Notes: generated from the sequence alone by a model not told the origin. Positions 1-9,497 are shown, counted from the stretch's first letter. The stretch is 64,000 bases of DNA from Candidatus Saccharibacteria bacterium UBA2951 (GCA_002348615.1 DEBR01000003.1:12268-76267), one strand, 5' to 3'. Program-made: numbers and translations.

Positions 1-312
1 GATGTTGATCTCGGGGAGCAGGGTGTCGTTGTCCGACATGGCGATTCTTCTTTCGTTCGATGGACGTGGAAGTGTGAAGTCACGGCCTTCCTTGAGGGGG
101 AAACCGCCGATCCGACATTGCTGCAGCTCATGTCGGATAGGGAAGGCAGGCCGTCATACGGTCGGCCATCCCTACCCAACATATACGCTGTAATGGTACG
201 TGGATTGATGAGATGTCAATGTACCTCAGTGAGTTCCCAAAAGACCTCGAACTTGATACGTTAAACATAATAGCATTTTATTGTAGATATGTCAAGTATA
301 TCCATAAGAATA

Positions 313-341
313 TTGACTTAATATACTATTTATGCTAAGAT
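313..341 (+). promoter_or_regulatory. sigma70-like promoter upstream of the 383 CDS
   Basis: TTGACT (313-318), 17-nt spacer, TAAGAT (336-341), inside an AT-rich intergenic region. Confidence 0.5.
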
Positions 342-382
342 ATTCCCAATAATTAATCGTTACCACGAAAGTTACCATAATC

Positions 383-2074
383 ATGTCTGAAACCGCGCCA
401 CGCACCTCAACCGAATCATCGAGCCGATATCCGGTAATCGCGAACGCACCTGCGGCGCTTCAATTGGAATTCGTTGACGGATTAGTCGGGTACGACGCTC
501 AACTGGCGGAACAGTTTACTCACGAGGACGATCAGAGCGATTACGAAGCCTATCGTGAACGGAAGGTTGACGAACTGCTGGCTGAAAACGGTATTGTTGA
601 CGGCGATGACGAAGAAGCCCACGCTCAGTATCTACTGGCCAAAGACATATATATGCAGGTGATTCAGTACGACGAGGACGAGTGGCTAGTCCGACAGGAT
701 GGCGCAGAGGTACCGCCCCGTAACTTGGTATTCCGCCGCATACTTGCCGAATACCCAACCGAATCGACACGTGGTCGCCATGTTGCTGATGGCGAAACCG
801 CTGGTACGGATGAATCTGCCAATCAATCGGACACAGATACATCGGATGTGAATGATACTGAAGACGTGAACGGTACTGAGCCGTCTGTCGACATGGACGC
901 TCTTCACGAAGAAGCGTTACTGGAAAATGCGCGTTTCGACGTCAATGGTGCCCGTGAGTCGTGGGCGACAGTATCCGCTAAACGACAGGGTCGTGCTTTC
1001 GGTAAAACCAAGGACCACGATGCCGTGCGCGACGATTATCATGCCAAAGTACAGGCGCTTGGAATCTTGGAACTTGAAGGCCGTATCAATCCTGAAGATG
1101 ATGAGACGACCAAGAACGCGATCGTCATAGCTTACTTGTTTGAAGAGCAACGTCGTTTGCGTGAACTGACAACCGAGAAGCTGCAAGGTACAAAAGTAGG
1201 CAAGTTCGTGAAATTCATGAACAAAGGTAGTTTCGGTATGCGACTATTAAAAGGCTTTGGCGTCGGTGTCGCCGTTGGAGCAGGTGGTGCATTACTGCTT
1301 GGTGCCGCTGGTGCCGCTGCTGGAGCTGCCGTCGCGGTCGGTGCAAGTCGGTTTGTTAAGGGCTACGCTTCAAACGACCGTCACCGTGGCATGCAGACCG
1401 CCGAAGAATCGTTTATTGATGAGAATGGCGAAAATCTCGTTTATCTTGAAGAAAGTGACGGTGCTTCCGTCGCCGATAAAGTAAGTGCTGCCGCGCGCAC
1501 ATACAACGAAGACTTTGAACACGACACGAAGCAAGAGCAAGTGAAGCGTCGTAAGGCATTGGCCTGGGGTGTCGGATCTGTCGCCGTCGGTGCAGGTGTC
1601 GGTTACGGCCTAGCTCACAGCGGTGATGCCGTTAACGCGGTCAAGGACTGGTGGAACGGCCCGAATGCCAAAGACGTAACACCAGGCGGTGTTGACCAAC
1701 AACCTGATATGGACCATGACGGTATTGCCGACCAGTTCGATCACGATCGTGATGGTGACGGTGTGCCAAACCGCTTTGATGACGCTCCGAATAACCCCGA
1801 CGTCACTAACATCGGTCCGGATTGGTCAGACTTCAGTCAAGAAGCCCGTTTCGTTGAACCTGGCGAGGGTGGCTTCCAGACGTTGAAAGAAATGGGCATT
1901 CCTGAAAATAAGTGGGAATCAATCTGGCAAGATGCCGGTGAGAAGCTGCACGAAGAGGGTAAGACATACACCATGGATGATGGTCGTTGGGGCTGGGATC
2001 GTTCAATGCGTTTGACGGACCATGACCTGAACATTATTGCCCAGGCGGCCCAGCACAACGGCGTCAAGCTATAA
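383..2074 (+). CDS. hypothetical two-TM membrane protein with an acidic N-terminal region and C-terminal Asp-rich thrombospondin-type-3-like repeats
   Basis: 563-aa ORF. Two Gly/Ala-rich hydrophobic segments (GVGVAVGAGGALLLGAAGAAAGAAVAV; WGVGSVAVGAGVGYGLA). DHDGIADQFDHDRDGDGVPNRFDDAPNNPD resembles DxDxDG calcium-binding repeats. Confidence 0.75.
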   Translation: MSETAPRTSTESSSRYPVIANAPAALQLEFVDGLVGYDAQLAEQFTHEDDQSDYEAYRERKVDELLAENGIVDGDDEEAHAQYLLAKDIYMQVIQYDEDEWLVRQDGAEVPPRNLVFRRILAEYPTESTRGRHVADGETAGTDESANQSDTDTSDVNDTEDVNGTEPSVDMDALHEEALLENARFDVNGARESWATVSAKRQGRAFGKTKDHDAVRDDYHAKVQALGILELEGRINPEDDETTKNAIVIAYLFEEQRRLRELTTEKLQGTKVGKFVKFMNKGSFGMRLLKGFGVGVAVGAGGALLLGAAGAAAGAAVAVGASRFVKGYASNDRHRGMQTAEESFIDENGENLVYLEESDGASVADKVSAAARTYNEDFEHDTKQEQVKRRKALAWGVGSVAVGAGVGYGLAHSGDAVNAVKDWWNGPNAKDVTPGGVDQQPDMDHDGIADQFDHDRDGDGVPNRFDDAPNNPDVTNIGPDWSDFSQEARFVEPGEGGFQTLKEMGIPENKWESIWQDAGEKLHEEGKTYTMDDGRWGWDRSMRLTDHDLNIIAQAAQHNGVKL

Positions 2075-2139
2075 GTATTCTCATTCCTTGCGTCGTTGAG
2101 GTACAATAGGGTAAACGACGTTAGATAAAGGACCGTTTT

Positions 2140-2703
2140 ATGTTTCGACTGGATGAGCAATTTCTGAAGGACATCGGCCTCGACAGCCTGCCTGAAGAAC
2201 AAAAGAAACCATTCCTGCAGCATATTTATAGCGAACTCGAACTTCGGGTTGGTACACGGCTGTCGGATGGGCTATCAGACGCCCAATTAGAGGAATTTGA
2301 AAAGATTATTGACCGCGACCAAGAGAAGGTCCAAGCCTGGCTTGCCGAGCACGCGCCAAACTATCAGTCCGAAGAAGCCTTCGGCAAATTACAGCAGGCG
2401 ACCGGCCTCGAAGCCACCGACCCGCGATTAGTGGCTGAATTTACGGCGACCAAGTGGCTTGAAGTTAACCGACCGGACTACCGCGACGTCGTTGCGCAAG
2501 TGCTGGATGAGCTGAAGAGTGAAATCATCAGTAACCGGGACGCGATTCTAGGAGGCATGGGCGGTCAGGCACAGCCAGAACCGCAACCCCAGCAACCGGT
2601 AGCACCACCTGCCCAACCTGAAGACATGCCGTTACCACCGCAGAACAGCGGGGCACAGCCATCGGGCACTCCGGGTGACATGCCACAATACCCAACCAGG
2701 TAA
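2140..2703 (+). CDS. hypothetical protein, DUF5663-like N-terminus with a Pro/Gln-rich tail
   Basis: 187-aa ORF. N-terminus MFRLDEQFLKDIGLDSLPEEQKKPFLQHIYSELELRVG matches my recollection of a family common in Saccharibacteria. Family assignment not verifiable here. Confidence 0.7.
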   Translation: MFRLDEQFLKDIGLDSLPEEQKKPFLQHIYSELELRVGTRLSDGLSDAQLEEFEKIIDRDQEKVQAWLAEHAPNYQSEEAFGKLQQATGLEATDPRLVAEFTATKWLEVNRPDYRDVVAQVLDELKSEIISNRDAILGGMGGQAQPEPQPQQPVAPPAQPEDMPLPPQNSGAQPSGTPGDMPQYPTR

Positions 2704-2735
2704 TAAAAAACCCGCCGACACGGCGGATTTTTTAG
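2704..2735. terminator. bidirectional rho-independent terminator between convergent genes
   Basis: AAAAAA-CCGCCG-ACA-CGGCGG-ATTTTTT: GC stem flanked by an A-run and a T-run, so it reads as a terminator on both strands. Confidence 0.8.
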
Positions 2736-2741
2736 TCATCG

Positions 2742-3641
2742 CTATTTTAGATAGCCCTTTATGAATGCGCCGGCAGTCATCGTTTTGCCACTTGGCGCGA
2801 TCAGTTCATCGATACTTAACACGCCGTCTTTGAAGGGTATATCAAGCGGAGACGTCTGGGTAGCCGAAAGATGCGCCTGAAGAATGATGATGTCTTGACC
2901 GGCTATGGTAAGACGAGCCCGCGGGAACGCTTTGTAGGCTCGGACCAGTCGCTCGGCTTGCTCTGCGGTATGCGCGGAAGGGTTCAGCTTGGCGTCTGCC
3001 TTCGTAATCAGCTGGCAGTAAGTGGCTTTCGACTCATCCTGCGGTGTCGGCTTGAGTGAGCCGTCAAATATCCTGGGAAGCGCCGCCATAAGTTCGGTGG
3101 CCGCTAGCGTCGCTAATTTTTGGCTGAGGTGCGGCGACGTCTCATATTTTGGTAAGTTGAATTCTACCTGGTGGTAGACGGGCCCAGCATCCATTTTAGC
3201 TGTCAGACTCATGATAGAAATACCGGTGGATTCGTCACCGTTCGCGATGGCGGATTCGATGGGGCTTGGGCCGCGATATTTCGGAAGGAGCGATGGGTGG
3301 ATGTTGATGATGCCGAATGGGAACAGGTCGATCAGCTTTTGCGGTACGATGCGGCCGTACGCGACCAACACGCCCGCGTCGGCACCGTAGGCAGCCAGGG
3401 TATCGTATATATCCATCGGTCGCTCAGGCAAGTGGACGGGAATGTCGTACTGCTTGGCGAGTTCGGCGACTTCAAGTGGACGAGGCTTACGCGAACGCGT
3501 ACCGGAGTCGTTCGCGACGACGGCTTTTATGTCGTACCCAGCATCGATAAGCGCCTGAAGTACCGGCGTCTCGGTATGGTCGAGTCCGCTGACGAGGCGC
3601 TCGTTACCGAAGAAAACCAGTTTACGACCAGAGTTCGACAT
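2742..3641 (-). CDS. fmt: methionyl-tRNA formyltransferase
   Basis: 299 aa. IINIHPSLLPKYRGPSPI motif and overall Fmt architecture. Overlaps def, the classic def-fmt pair. Confidence 0.95.
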   Translation of the reverse strand: MSNSGRKLVFFGNERLVSGLDHTETPVLQALIDAGYDIKAVVANDSGTRSRKPRPLEVAELAKQYDIPVHLPERPMDIYDTLAAYGADAGVLVAYGRIVPQKLIDLFPFGIINIHPSLLPKYRGPSPIESAIANGDESTGISIMSLTAKMDAGPVYHQVEFNLPKYETSPHLSQKLATLAATELMAALPRIFDGSLKPTPQDESKATYCQLITKADAKLNPSAHTAEQAERLVRAYKAFPRARLTIAGQDIIILQAHLSATQTSPLDIPFKDGVLSIDELIAPSGKTMTAGAFIKGYLK

Positions 3642-4206
3642 TATCTTTTATATGCTCCTCATAGCCTAGCGGTTGGAGTTCGCCGTTGTCGTCGAGCCTG
3701 AAAAAAGCGTCAGGCTGGTCCTTGATGTGGTCGATAAAGACGATGCCGTTAGTGTGGTCGACCTCGTGCTGGACGACGCGAGCTAAAAAGCCTTCGGCGC
3801 GAAAACGGACTTCGTTGCCATCTTGATCGAGTGCTTTGACACGGATCTTGGTGTGGCGAGGCACACGGCCGTAGACATTCTTGACACTTAGGCAACCTTC
3901 GAAGTCACTGACAACCTCCCCTTCGTATTTGACGATTTCAGGGTTAATAAGCACCGTGAAATCACGGTCGGCTTTGTCCTCGAAGCTGCTCCGGACGATA
4001 ACAACGCGTTCTAGCCGGTCTATCTGGACCGCGGCTAGCGCAGCCGAGATTTCGTGCGGTCGGGAATCTTCCCAGTCGAGCGCAGCCGAAGTCATGTCGT
4101 CAATCAGCTGCTTGGTCGAATCGTCCGGTACCTTTACGCGGCTGGATTTTTCACGTAGATGCGTATTAGGCAACGTTATGATGGCTTCTTTTTTCATTAT
4201 GACCAT
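3622..4206 (-). CDS. def: peptide deformylase
   Basis: EGCLS and HEVDH metal-binding motifs. Confidence 0.95.
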   Translation of the reverse strand: MVIMKKEAIITLPNTHLREKSSRVKVPDDSTKQLIDDMTSAALDWEDSRPHEISAALAAVQIDRLERVVIVRSSFEDKADRDFTVLINPEIVKYEGEVVSDFEGCLSVKNVYGRVPRHTKIRVKALDQDGNEVRFRAEGFLARVVQHEVDHTNGIVFIDHIKDQPDAFFRLDDNGELQPLGYEEHIKDNVELWS

Positions 4207-4215
4207 TGTAACAGA

Positions 4216-6159
4216 TTAGAGCAGGCTGATGGGGTCGAGTTCGAACTGCCATTTTGCTGGCGGCAGTTGACTGACGGCTTGCTGTAAATACGCGCGTTTT
4301 GGTGATTTCAGCACGAGCTGCCACCGATATTGGCCGCCGGCACGTTCATAAAATGCCGGAGTCGGGCCAAGAATCTGGACGTCGGACGGCAACGAACGCT
4401 TTAGTTGTTCGGCCAGTGCCTTGGCGTTACGGATAGCGGCCGCCTCGGTCTTGTAGGCGCACTGAAGTTTTAGCAAGTAGGTGAACGGAGGGAAGTGACT
4501 ACGGCGGCGTTGTTCCACCGCCAGGGCATAGAACCCGGCATAGTCTTGTTTAAGTCCGAGCGTAATGACGGGGTGGGTAGGTTGATAGCTCTGCACGATG
4601 ACGTTTGTATCGTGCGGGCGTCGACCGACGCGACCAATGACCTGTGCGAGTAGCTGGAAGGTTCTTTCGGCCGAACCGTAGTCGGGTAAACTGAGGCCTG
4701 CATCTGCCTGCACGACCGCGACGGTATGGAGCTTAGGGAGGTCAAGTCCTTTCGCGATAACCTGCGTGCCGATGATGACATCAATGGATCCGTCGTGAAG
4801 CTCCTTGTATCGCTGTTCAACCGTCTGGTCGCTCGCGGTGTCGCCGTCAAATCGAGCGATGGTAAGTTTAGGGTATAGCCTTTTTAATTCGCTCTCGATC
4901 AGCTTGGTGCCGATACCTTTATGAATGATACTGGCATGACCACACTGCGGGCAGCTCGTGGGGACATGTGAAGTGAAATTGCATATATGACAGCGCAGTT
5001 CGTGCGCGTCAGCATGAAGTGTAAGTGGCACGAAGCAGTTTGGACAACCAGCTTGCCAGCCGCAATTCTCGCATAACGTTGTCGGGGCACTGCCACGGCG
5101 GTTATGAAACACCAGTACCTGCTTTCCTGAACCGGTATCCTGTTCGATTTGTGCGAGTACAGCGTCGGATAAAAATCGATGTCGCTTGAAATGTGTTCGT
5201 TTGGTCATATCGATAAGTCGAACACTCGGCTTGTACGCATTTTTTATGGCGAGGTGCTCCATTGCGACAATGGGACGGCCGGTCGATTTCGCCAAATAGT
5301 AATCGACGATCGATGGCGTCGCGCTACCGAGCACGAGCTTAGCCTTGGATTGTTCAGTTAAGAAATGGGCGGCTCGCAAAGCATGATATCGAGGTGACTG
5401 CTCCTGCTTATAGCTTGGCTCGTGAGCTTCGTCGATAACGATAAGCCCCAAAGACCGTACCGGTAGGAACAGGGCCGAACGTGGCCCTATGATGACTTGC
5501 GGAGTATCAGTCATAAGCACGGTACGCCAAACCGCATGCCGTTCAGCTTCGGTCTGCCGGGAATGAGTAAGTACGACGTCCTTAAAATGAGACGAAAATT
5601 CCGCGACGACCTGCGAGGTAAGGGATATTTCGGGTACCAGTACTACGGCGGATTTACCATCCGCGAGCGCTTGTTTGACAAGTTCTATGTACACCGCGGT
5701 CTTTCCAGAACCGGTAATACCGTGAAGTATGACGGTGCCAGAGCCAGCGTTGTTAATGTCGCCCAGTGCATTCTGCTGATCGGAGTTGAGTACAATATGT
5801 GTTCGTTTATAATTATCAACAGATGAAAAGGTGGCTTTCACGCGTCGATTCTTGTGTAGTCCGCTCGGCAACAATGTTTGAAGTACGACGGCCAGCGGGG
5901 TCATGTAATAACCACTCAACCATTCGGCCAGTTGAACATATTCCTTCGGCAATGGACGGTCTTCCAGCACCTGTTCGACTGGTTTTACTACATAGTTTGG
6001 AGTGTGTTGAACAGCTTTAAGGACAAGTCCGTTCATGAGTTTTTTGCCAACACTGACACGTACCAACTGGCCAATTTCAAGCGGGTGCTCTGAAGCATAC
6101 GTAAACGAATCGGCGCCGCTACGGACGATCTGTGTCGGAGCCACCTCGTAATACTTCAT
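4216..6159 (-). CDS. priA: primosomal protein N' (replication restart helicase PriA)
   Basis: Walker A GITGSGKT, DEAH box (VIDEAHE), Cys-rich zinc module CENCGWQAGCPNC...CHICNF...CPQCG. Confidence 0.95.
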   Translation of the reverse strand: MKYYEVAPTQIVRSGADSFTYASEHPLEIGQLVRVSVGKKLMNGLVLKAVQHTPNYVVKPVEQVLEDRPLPKEYVQLAEWLSGYYMTPLAVVLQTLLPSGLHKNRRVKATFSSVDNYKRTHIVLNSDQQNALGDINNAGSGTVILHGITGSGKTAVYIELVKQALADGKSAVVLVPEISLTSQVVAEFSSHFKDVVLTHSRQTEAERHAVWRTVLMTDTPQVIIGPRSALFLPVRSLGLIVIDEAHEPSYKQEQSPRYHALRAAHFLTEQSKAKLVLGSATPSIVDYYLAKSTGRPIVAMEHLAIKNAYKPSVRLIDMTKRTHFKRHRFLSDAVLAQIEQDTGSGKQVLVFHNRRGSAPTTLCENCGWQAGCPNCFVPLTLHADAHELRCHICNFTSHVPTSCPQCGHASIIHKGIGTKLIESELKRLYPKLTIARFDGDTASDQTVEQRYKELHDGSIDVIIGTQVIAKGLDLPKLHTVAVVQADAGLSLPDYGSAERTFQLLAQVIGRVGRRPHDTNVIVQSYQPTHPVITLGLKQDYAGFYALAVEQRRRSHFPPFTYLLKLQCAYKTEAAAIRNAKALAEQLKRSLPSDVQILGPTPAFYERAGGQYRWQLVLKSPKRAYLQQAVSQLPPAKWQFELDPISLL

Positions 6160-6241
6160 GCCTACGATTATAGAGTACTTACAAAAAGAAGCTCATACGA
6201 GTCGAAGCGAGCCGCTTCTAATTATTTGTTACACTAAACAT

Positions 6242-6898
6242 ATGTATTTTGAATCGCGTGCCGATGCTGGTGCGAAGCTGGCGGCACGGCTACTCGAAAA
6301 GTACCGGTATGAAAACTGTGCCGTCGTCGCCTTATCTGACGGCGCGGTATTGGTCGGTGAACAAATCGCGGCCGCATTGCACTGTGTTCTGACCATGTTA
6401 TTGATTGAAGACATTGAAGTGCCCGGCGAGTCTATGAGCTTCGGGGGTGTGTCTGAAAGTGGTGCCTTCACGTATAACGGCATGTTCTCGGTGGGTGAAA
6501 TCGAGGAGTACACATCCGAATTCCACGGTTACCTTGATGAGAAGAAACGCGAGGCGTTCCAAGAAATCAACCGCTTACTTGGTGACGGCGGGCTGATTGA
6601 CAAAAGCCTGCTATTGGATCGAACGGTCATCTTGGTTGCTGACGGTATAGATAACGGTGCGTCGATTGACGTTGCCATGGACTTTTTGAAGCCTATCCGA
6701 ACGCAGCGGATTGTCGTCGCGACACCAGTGGCGTCAGTGCCGGCAGTCGACAAGCTGCACGTCACGGCGGACGAAATTCACATTCTTGATGTGAAAGAGA
6801 ATTACATGGGAACGAACCATTACTATACCGATAATACGGTCCCGTCGCATGAGGATACGATCGCCAAGATCAACCAGATCGTCTTGAACTGGCAATAG
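6242..6898 (+). CDS. phosphoribosyltransferase-family protein
   Basis: PRT-like acidic loop VILVADGIDNGASIDVA. Start moved to the ATG at 6242 (MYFESRADAG...) because the 6158 ORF start would overlap the priA start region. Confidence 0.6.
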   Translation: MYFESRADAGAKLAARLLEKYRYENCAVVALSDGAVLVGEQIAAALHCVLTMLLIEDIEVPGESMSFGGVSESGAFTYNGMFSVGEIEEYTSEFHGYLDEKKREAFQEINRLLGDGGLIDKSLLLDRTVILVADGIDNGASIDVAMDFLKPIRTQRIVVATPVASVPAVDKLHVTADEIHILDVKENYMGTNHYYTDNTVPSHEDTIAKINQIVLNWQ

Positions 6899-7016
6899 AA
6901 ACGTATGAATTGTTCCACGCCAAACCGCTTCACGCCTATTTGTCCTTTGCTCCTGGCAGGAACAAATGGGTTGCGCTTCGCCTTTAGTTTGGTTTTGTAA
7001 CAATTCATACGTTTCT
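6897..7016. repeat. long-range inverted repeat: 18-bp perfect arms around an 84-nt partly self-paired core
   Basis: AGAAACGTATGAATTGTT (6897-6914) is the exact reverse complement of AACAATTCATACGTTTCT (6999-7016). Inner pairings CCAAAC/GTTTGG (6920-25/6987-92) and TATTTGT/ACAAATG (6937-43/6962-68). Confidence 0.85.
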
Positions 7017-7109
7017 TGCAGCTTAGGCTTGAGTATCGTTGTAAGATTGTGCTACGATAGTAAGTACTAAACCCAACAAGTTCTAATTAAATAGCTGTGG
7101 CAGGAGAGT

Positions 7110-7421
7110 ATGTTAGACGTTTTTATTACTAGTCGAGTGCGCCGAAAAATCGTAGTAGTCTATGCGAAGTATCCTGATTTCCATACCCATGTCCGCGGCC
7201 TCGCCAAGTTAATAAAAGAAGACCCGGGCAACATTCAGCGTGAGCTGAAGCGGCTTGAGAAAGTCGGTTTTCTGACGAGTGAGAAGCAGGGGAATACCAA
7301 GATTTATTCTACGAACAAGCAGTTCCCAATCTTTAAAGAACTCCAAAGCATCGTCATTAAAAGCCAGCAGCACCAGACGGCACGTACCAAGCGCGCATCG
7401 ACTGACATCTCTCCAGTTTAG
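7110..7421 (+). CDS. small winged-helix DNA-binding protein (ArsR/MarR-like fold)
   Basis: 103 aa. VRGLAKLIKEDPGNIQRELKRLEKVGFLTSEKQGNTKIY fits an HTH plus wing pattern. Confidence 0.6.
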   Translation: MLDVFITSRVRRKIVVVYAKYPDFHTHVRGLAKLIKEDPGNIQRELKRLEKVGFLTSEKQGNTKIYSTNKQFPIFKELQSIVIKSQQHQTARTKRASTDISPV

Positions 7422-7448
7422 TAAGCGCGAGTATGAGAAAATAAAGGC

Positions 7449-9092
7449 ATGAGCGCTCATGCATTGTTTGAAAAGATTCTTATTTCACGTGGACTGAAGA
7501 CCCAGGCGCAGCGCGACGCGTTCTTGAATCCGAGTTACGATACTAAGCATGATCCATTTTTACTGCCGGATATGAAGGCGGCGGTCGACCGATTGAAAGT
7601 CGCAAGGGAAAAACAAGAGCACATTACGATTTACGGCGACTACGACATTGACGGTCTTACGGCTACGGCGGTGCTGTTAGATGCGTTTTCGTCGTTCGGC
7701 TTTAAACAAGTCGACGCCTTTATTCCCAACCGGTTCGTCGAAGGGTACGGGCTGACGGTCGACGCGATAGAGCGAATAGCCTCTACCGGCTCGAGCCTTA
7801 TTGTGACTGTCGACTGTGGCAGCCTAAGCTTTGAGCCGATCCAACGTGCGAATGAGCTTGGCGTCAATATCATCGTGACGGATCATCATAACGTGGCCGA
7901 CGAGCAGCCGCCAGCGGTTGCGGTCATTAATCCTAAGCGCACTGATCATTCGTATCCATTCATCGACCTCGCCGGTGTCGGTGTGGCTTTCAAGTTAGTC
8001 CAAGCGCTTCAGACTGAGCTGGAGGGGCTTGAAGCTGGCCAGGAAAAGTGGCTGCTTGATTTGGTCGCGCTTGGCACGGTGTGCGACGTGGTGACGTTGG
8101 TCGACGAAAACCGAGCGAACGTATTTTGGGGATTAAAGGTCCTGAGTAAAACCAGACGACCAGGCTTAAAAGCACTTATGGCGGTGGCACGGGTCGAACC
8201 GCACAAAGTGAATTCCCGCAGTCTGGGATTTGCGCTCGGGCCACGTATGAACGCCGCAGGCAGGCTTGAAACGGCGCAGATTGCCCTTGATATGCTGACC
8301 GCGACCGACCCGACGATAGCGTTCGAAAAGGCACAGGAACTCGACGCCCTGAATTCGGCAAGGCGGGCGGAGCAGGACCAAATTTATAAAGAAGCAGTGC
8401 AACAGGCGGAACTCTATAAGCACGACGACGTGCTCGTCGTGAGCTCTCCGGACTGGAACCACGGCATTGTCGGCATCGTGGCGGCGAAACTACTCGAAAA
8501 GTTTAAGAAACCGACATTCGTACTGCAAGAAATTGGCGAAGAGTCGAAAGGCTCGGCCCGGAGTTACGGTGATTTCAGCGCGGCCGAAGCCATTAAAAGC
8601 GCGAGCGATATCGTCACGAAAGGCGGGGGGCATAAATTGGCAGCCGGTGTAACCCTACCAACCAAAAATATTCAGGCATTTAGGGAACGAGTGAATAAGC
8701 ATTACCTTGATCAAAAGCTCGAAAATCAGGCCGATTTGTTGCTGCCAAAAGCGGACGTTGTCGCCGAATTGATTCATGTGACCGAAGACTTAGTAAGTAT
8801 GCTTGAAACGTTGGAGCCATTTGGCAACGGCAATACCCAACCGGTTTTACGAAGTGAGGCGCTTGAAGTGTTGCATGTTAGAAAAATGGGGGCGGATTCG
8901 CAGCATGTGAAGCTGGAGAGTCAGGCTTACGACGGGACTGTTTTACATCTCCTAGCATTTAATGCACCCAAGGAATTTTTTGTTGAACCCGGTACGAAAA
9001 TATCGGCCTGGTATCAGCCCGATATTAACGAATGGATGGGGCGGCGGAATGTCGAAGGCCGACTGCTTCACCTGACCATTGAATCTAGCTAA
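7449..9092 (+). CDS. recJ: single-stranded-DNA-specific exonuclease RecJ
   Basis: DHH-family motifs DYDIDGLT, VTDHHN, GGGHKLAAG. Confidence 0.9.
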   Translation: MSAHALFEKILISRGLKTQAQRDAFLNPSYDTKHDPFLLPDMKAAVDRLKVAREKQEHITIYGDYDIDGLTATAVLLDAFSSFGFKQVDAFIPNRFVEGYGLTVDAIERIASTGSSLIVTVDCGSLSFEPIQRANELGVNIIVTDHHNVADEQPPAVAVINPKRTDHSYPFIDLAGVGVAFKLVQALQTELEGLEAGQEKWLLDLVALGTVCDVVTLVDENRANVFWGLKVLSKTRRPGLKALMAVARVEPHKVNSRSLGFALGPRMNAAGRLETAQIALDMLTATDPTIAFEKAQELDALNSARRAEQDQIYKEAVQQAELYKHDDVLVVSSPDWNHGIVGIVAAKLLEKFKKPTFVLQEIGEESKGSARSYGDFSAAEAIKSASDIVTKGGGHKLAAGVTLPTKNIQAFRERVNKHYLDQKLENQADLLLPKADVVAELIHVTEDLVSMLETLEPFGNGNTQPVLRSEALEVLHVRKMGADSQHVKLESQAYDGTVLHLLAFNAPKEFFVEPGTKISAWYQPDINEWMGRRNVEGRLLHLTIESS

Positions 9093-9096
9093 CTTG

Positions 9097-9381
9097 CTAT
9101 TTCAGTAACATGAAATAGACAATTGCGCCGACTACTGCGCCGACGACGACCAGAGCCACACCTGCGACGACCAGGCCTTTTTTAGATTTCGCTTCAGGTG
9201 CGGGCGCAACCACGGGTTCAGCGACGGCTGGCGCGGCTTGTGGTGCCGGTTCTGACTCGACCGATATGTTTTCAACGACAGGAGCAGAATCGGGAGCGGG
9301 TGTTGGGTTGCTCGGCTTGCTTGTAGGGGTAGGAGTAGTGTCCGGTTGTTCGTTCTGGGGCTGGTTTTGATCGGGATTCAT
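9097..9381 (-). CDS. hypothetical Pro-rich protein with a C-terminal TM anchor
   Basis: 94 aa. GGAG 8 nt upstream of the ATG. C-terminal LVVAGVALVVVGAVVGAIVYFMLL helix. Confidence 0.7.
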   Translation of the reverse strand: MNPDQNQPQNEQPDTTPTPTSKPSNPTPAPDSAPVVENISVESEPAPQAAPAVAEPVVAPAPEAKSKKGLVVAGVALVVVGAVVGAIVYFMLLK

Positions 9382-9459
9382 TATGAATTCTCCTTATGGT
9401 TAAGTTACGGTGATTATACAACAGTTTTGGATTAATTGTCACCACCGTACCCCAAGGTG

Positions 9460-9488
9460 TTGATAAGCCACGTCCAATCTGTTACCAT
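9460..9488 (+). promoter_or_regulatory. promoter upstream of rpsU
   Basis: TTGATA (9460-65), 17-nt spacer, TG-extended TACCAT (9483-88). The ATG is only 9 nt downstream. Confidence 0.45.
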
Positions 9489-9497
9489 AGGGTCTAT

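Noticed and set aside
223-303. Two ATGTCAA-containing direct repeats and a GTTACCA..GTTACCA pair (352-378) in the AT-rich region upstream of the first gene, considered as operator sites
   Set aside because: Short (7 nt) and expected by chance in AT-rich sequence. No palindromic symmetry or second supporting copy.
3171-3701. 176-aa plus-strand ORF overlapping fmt/def
   Set aside because: Antisense to two confidently identified genes. Arg-rich nonsense-like composition.
6734-7008. Two minus-strand ORFs (89 and 61 aa) across the 6897-7016 inverted repeat
   Set aside because: They arise because the repeat arm contains ATG on both strands. They overlap the 3' end of the upstream CDS and have no Shine-Dalgarno. 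I also considered SRP RNA or 6S RNA for this element, but the conserved SRP helix-8 motif and the 6S central-bubble architecture are not evident.
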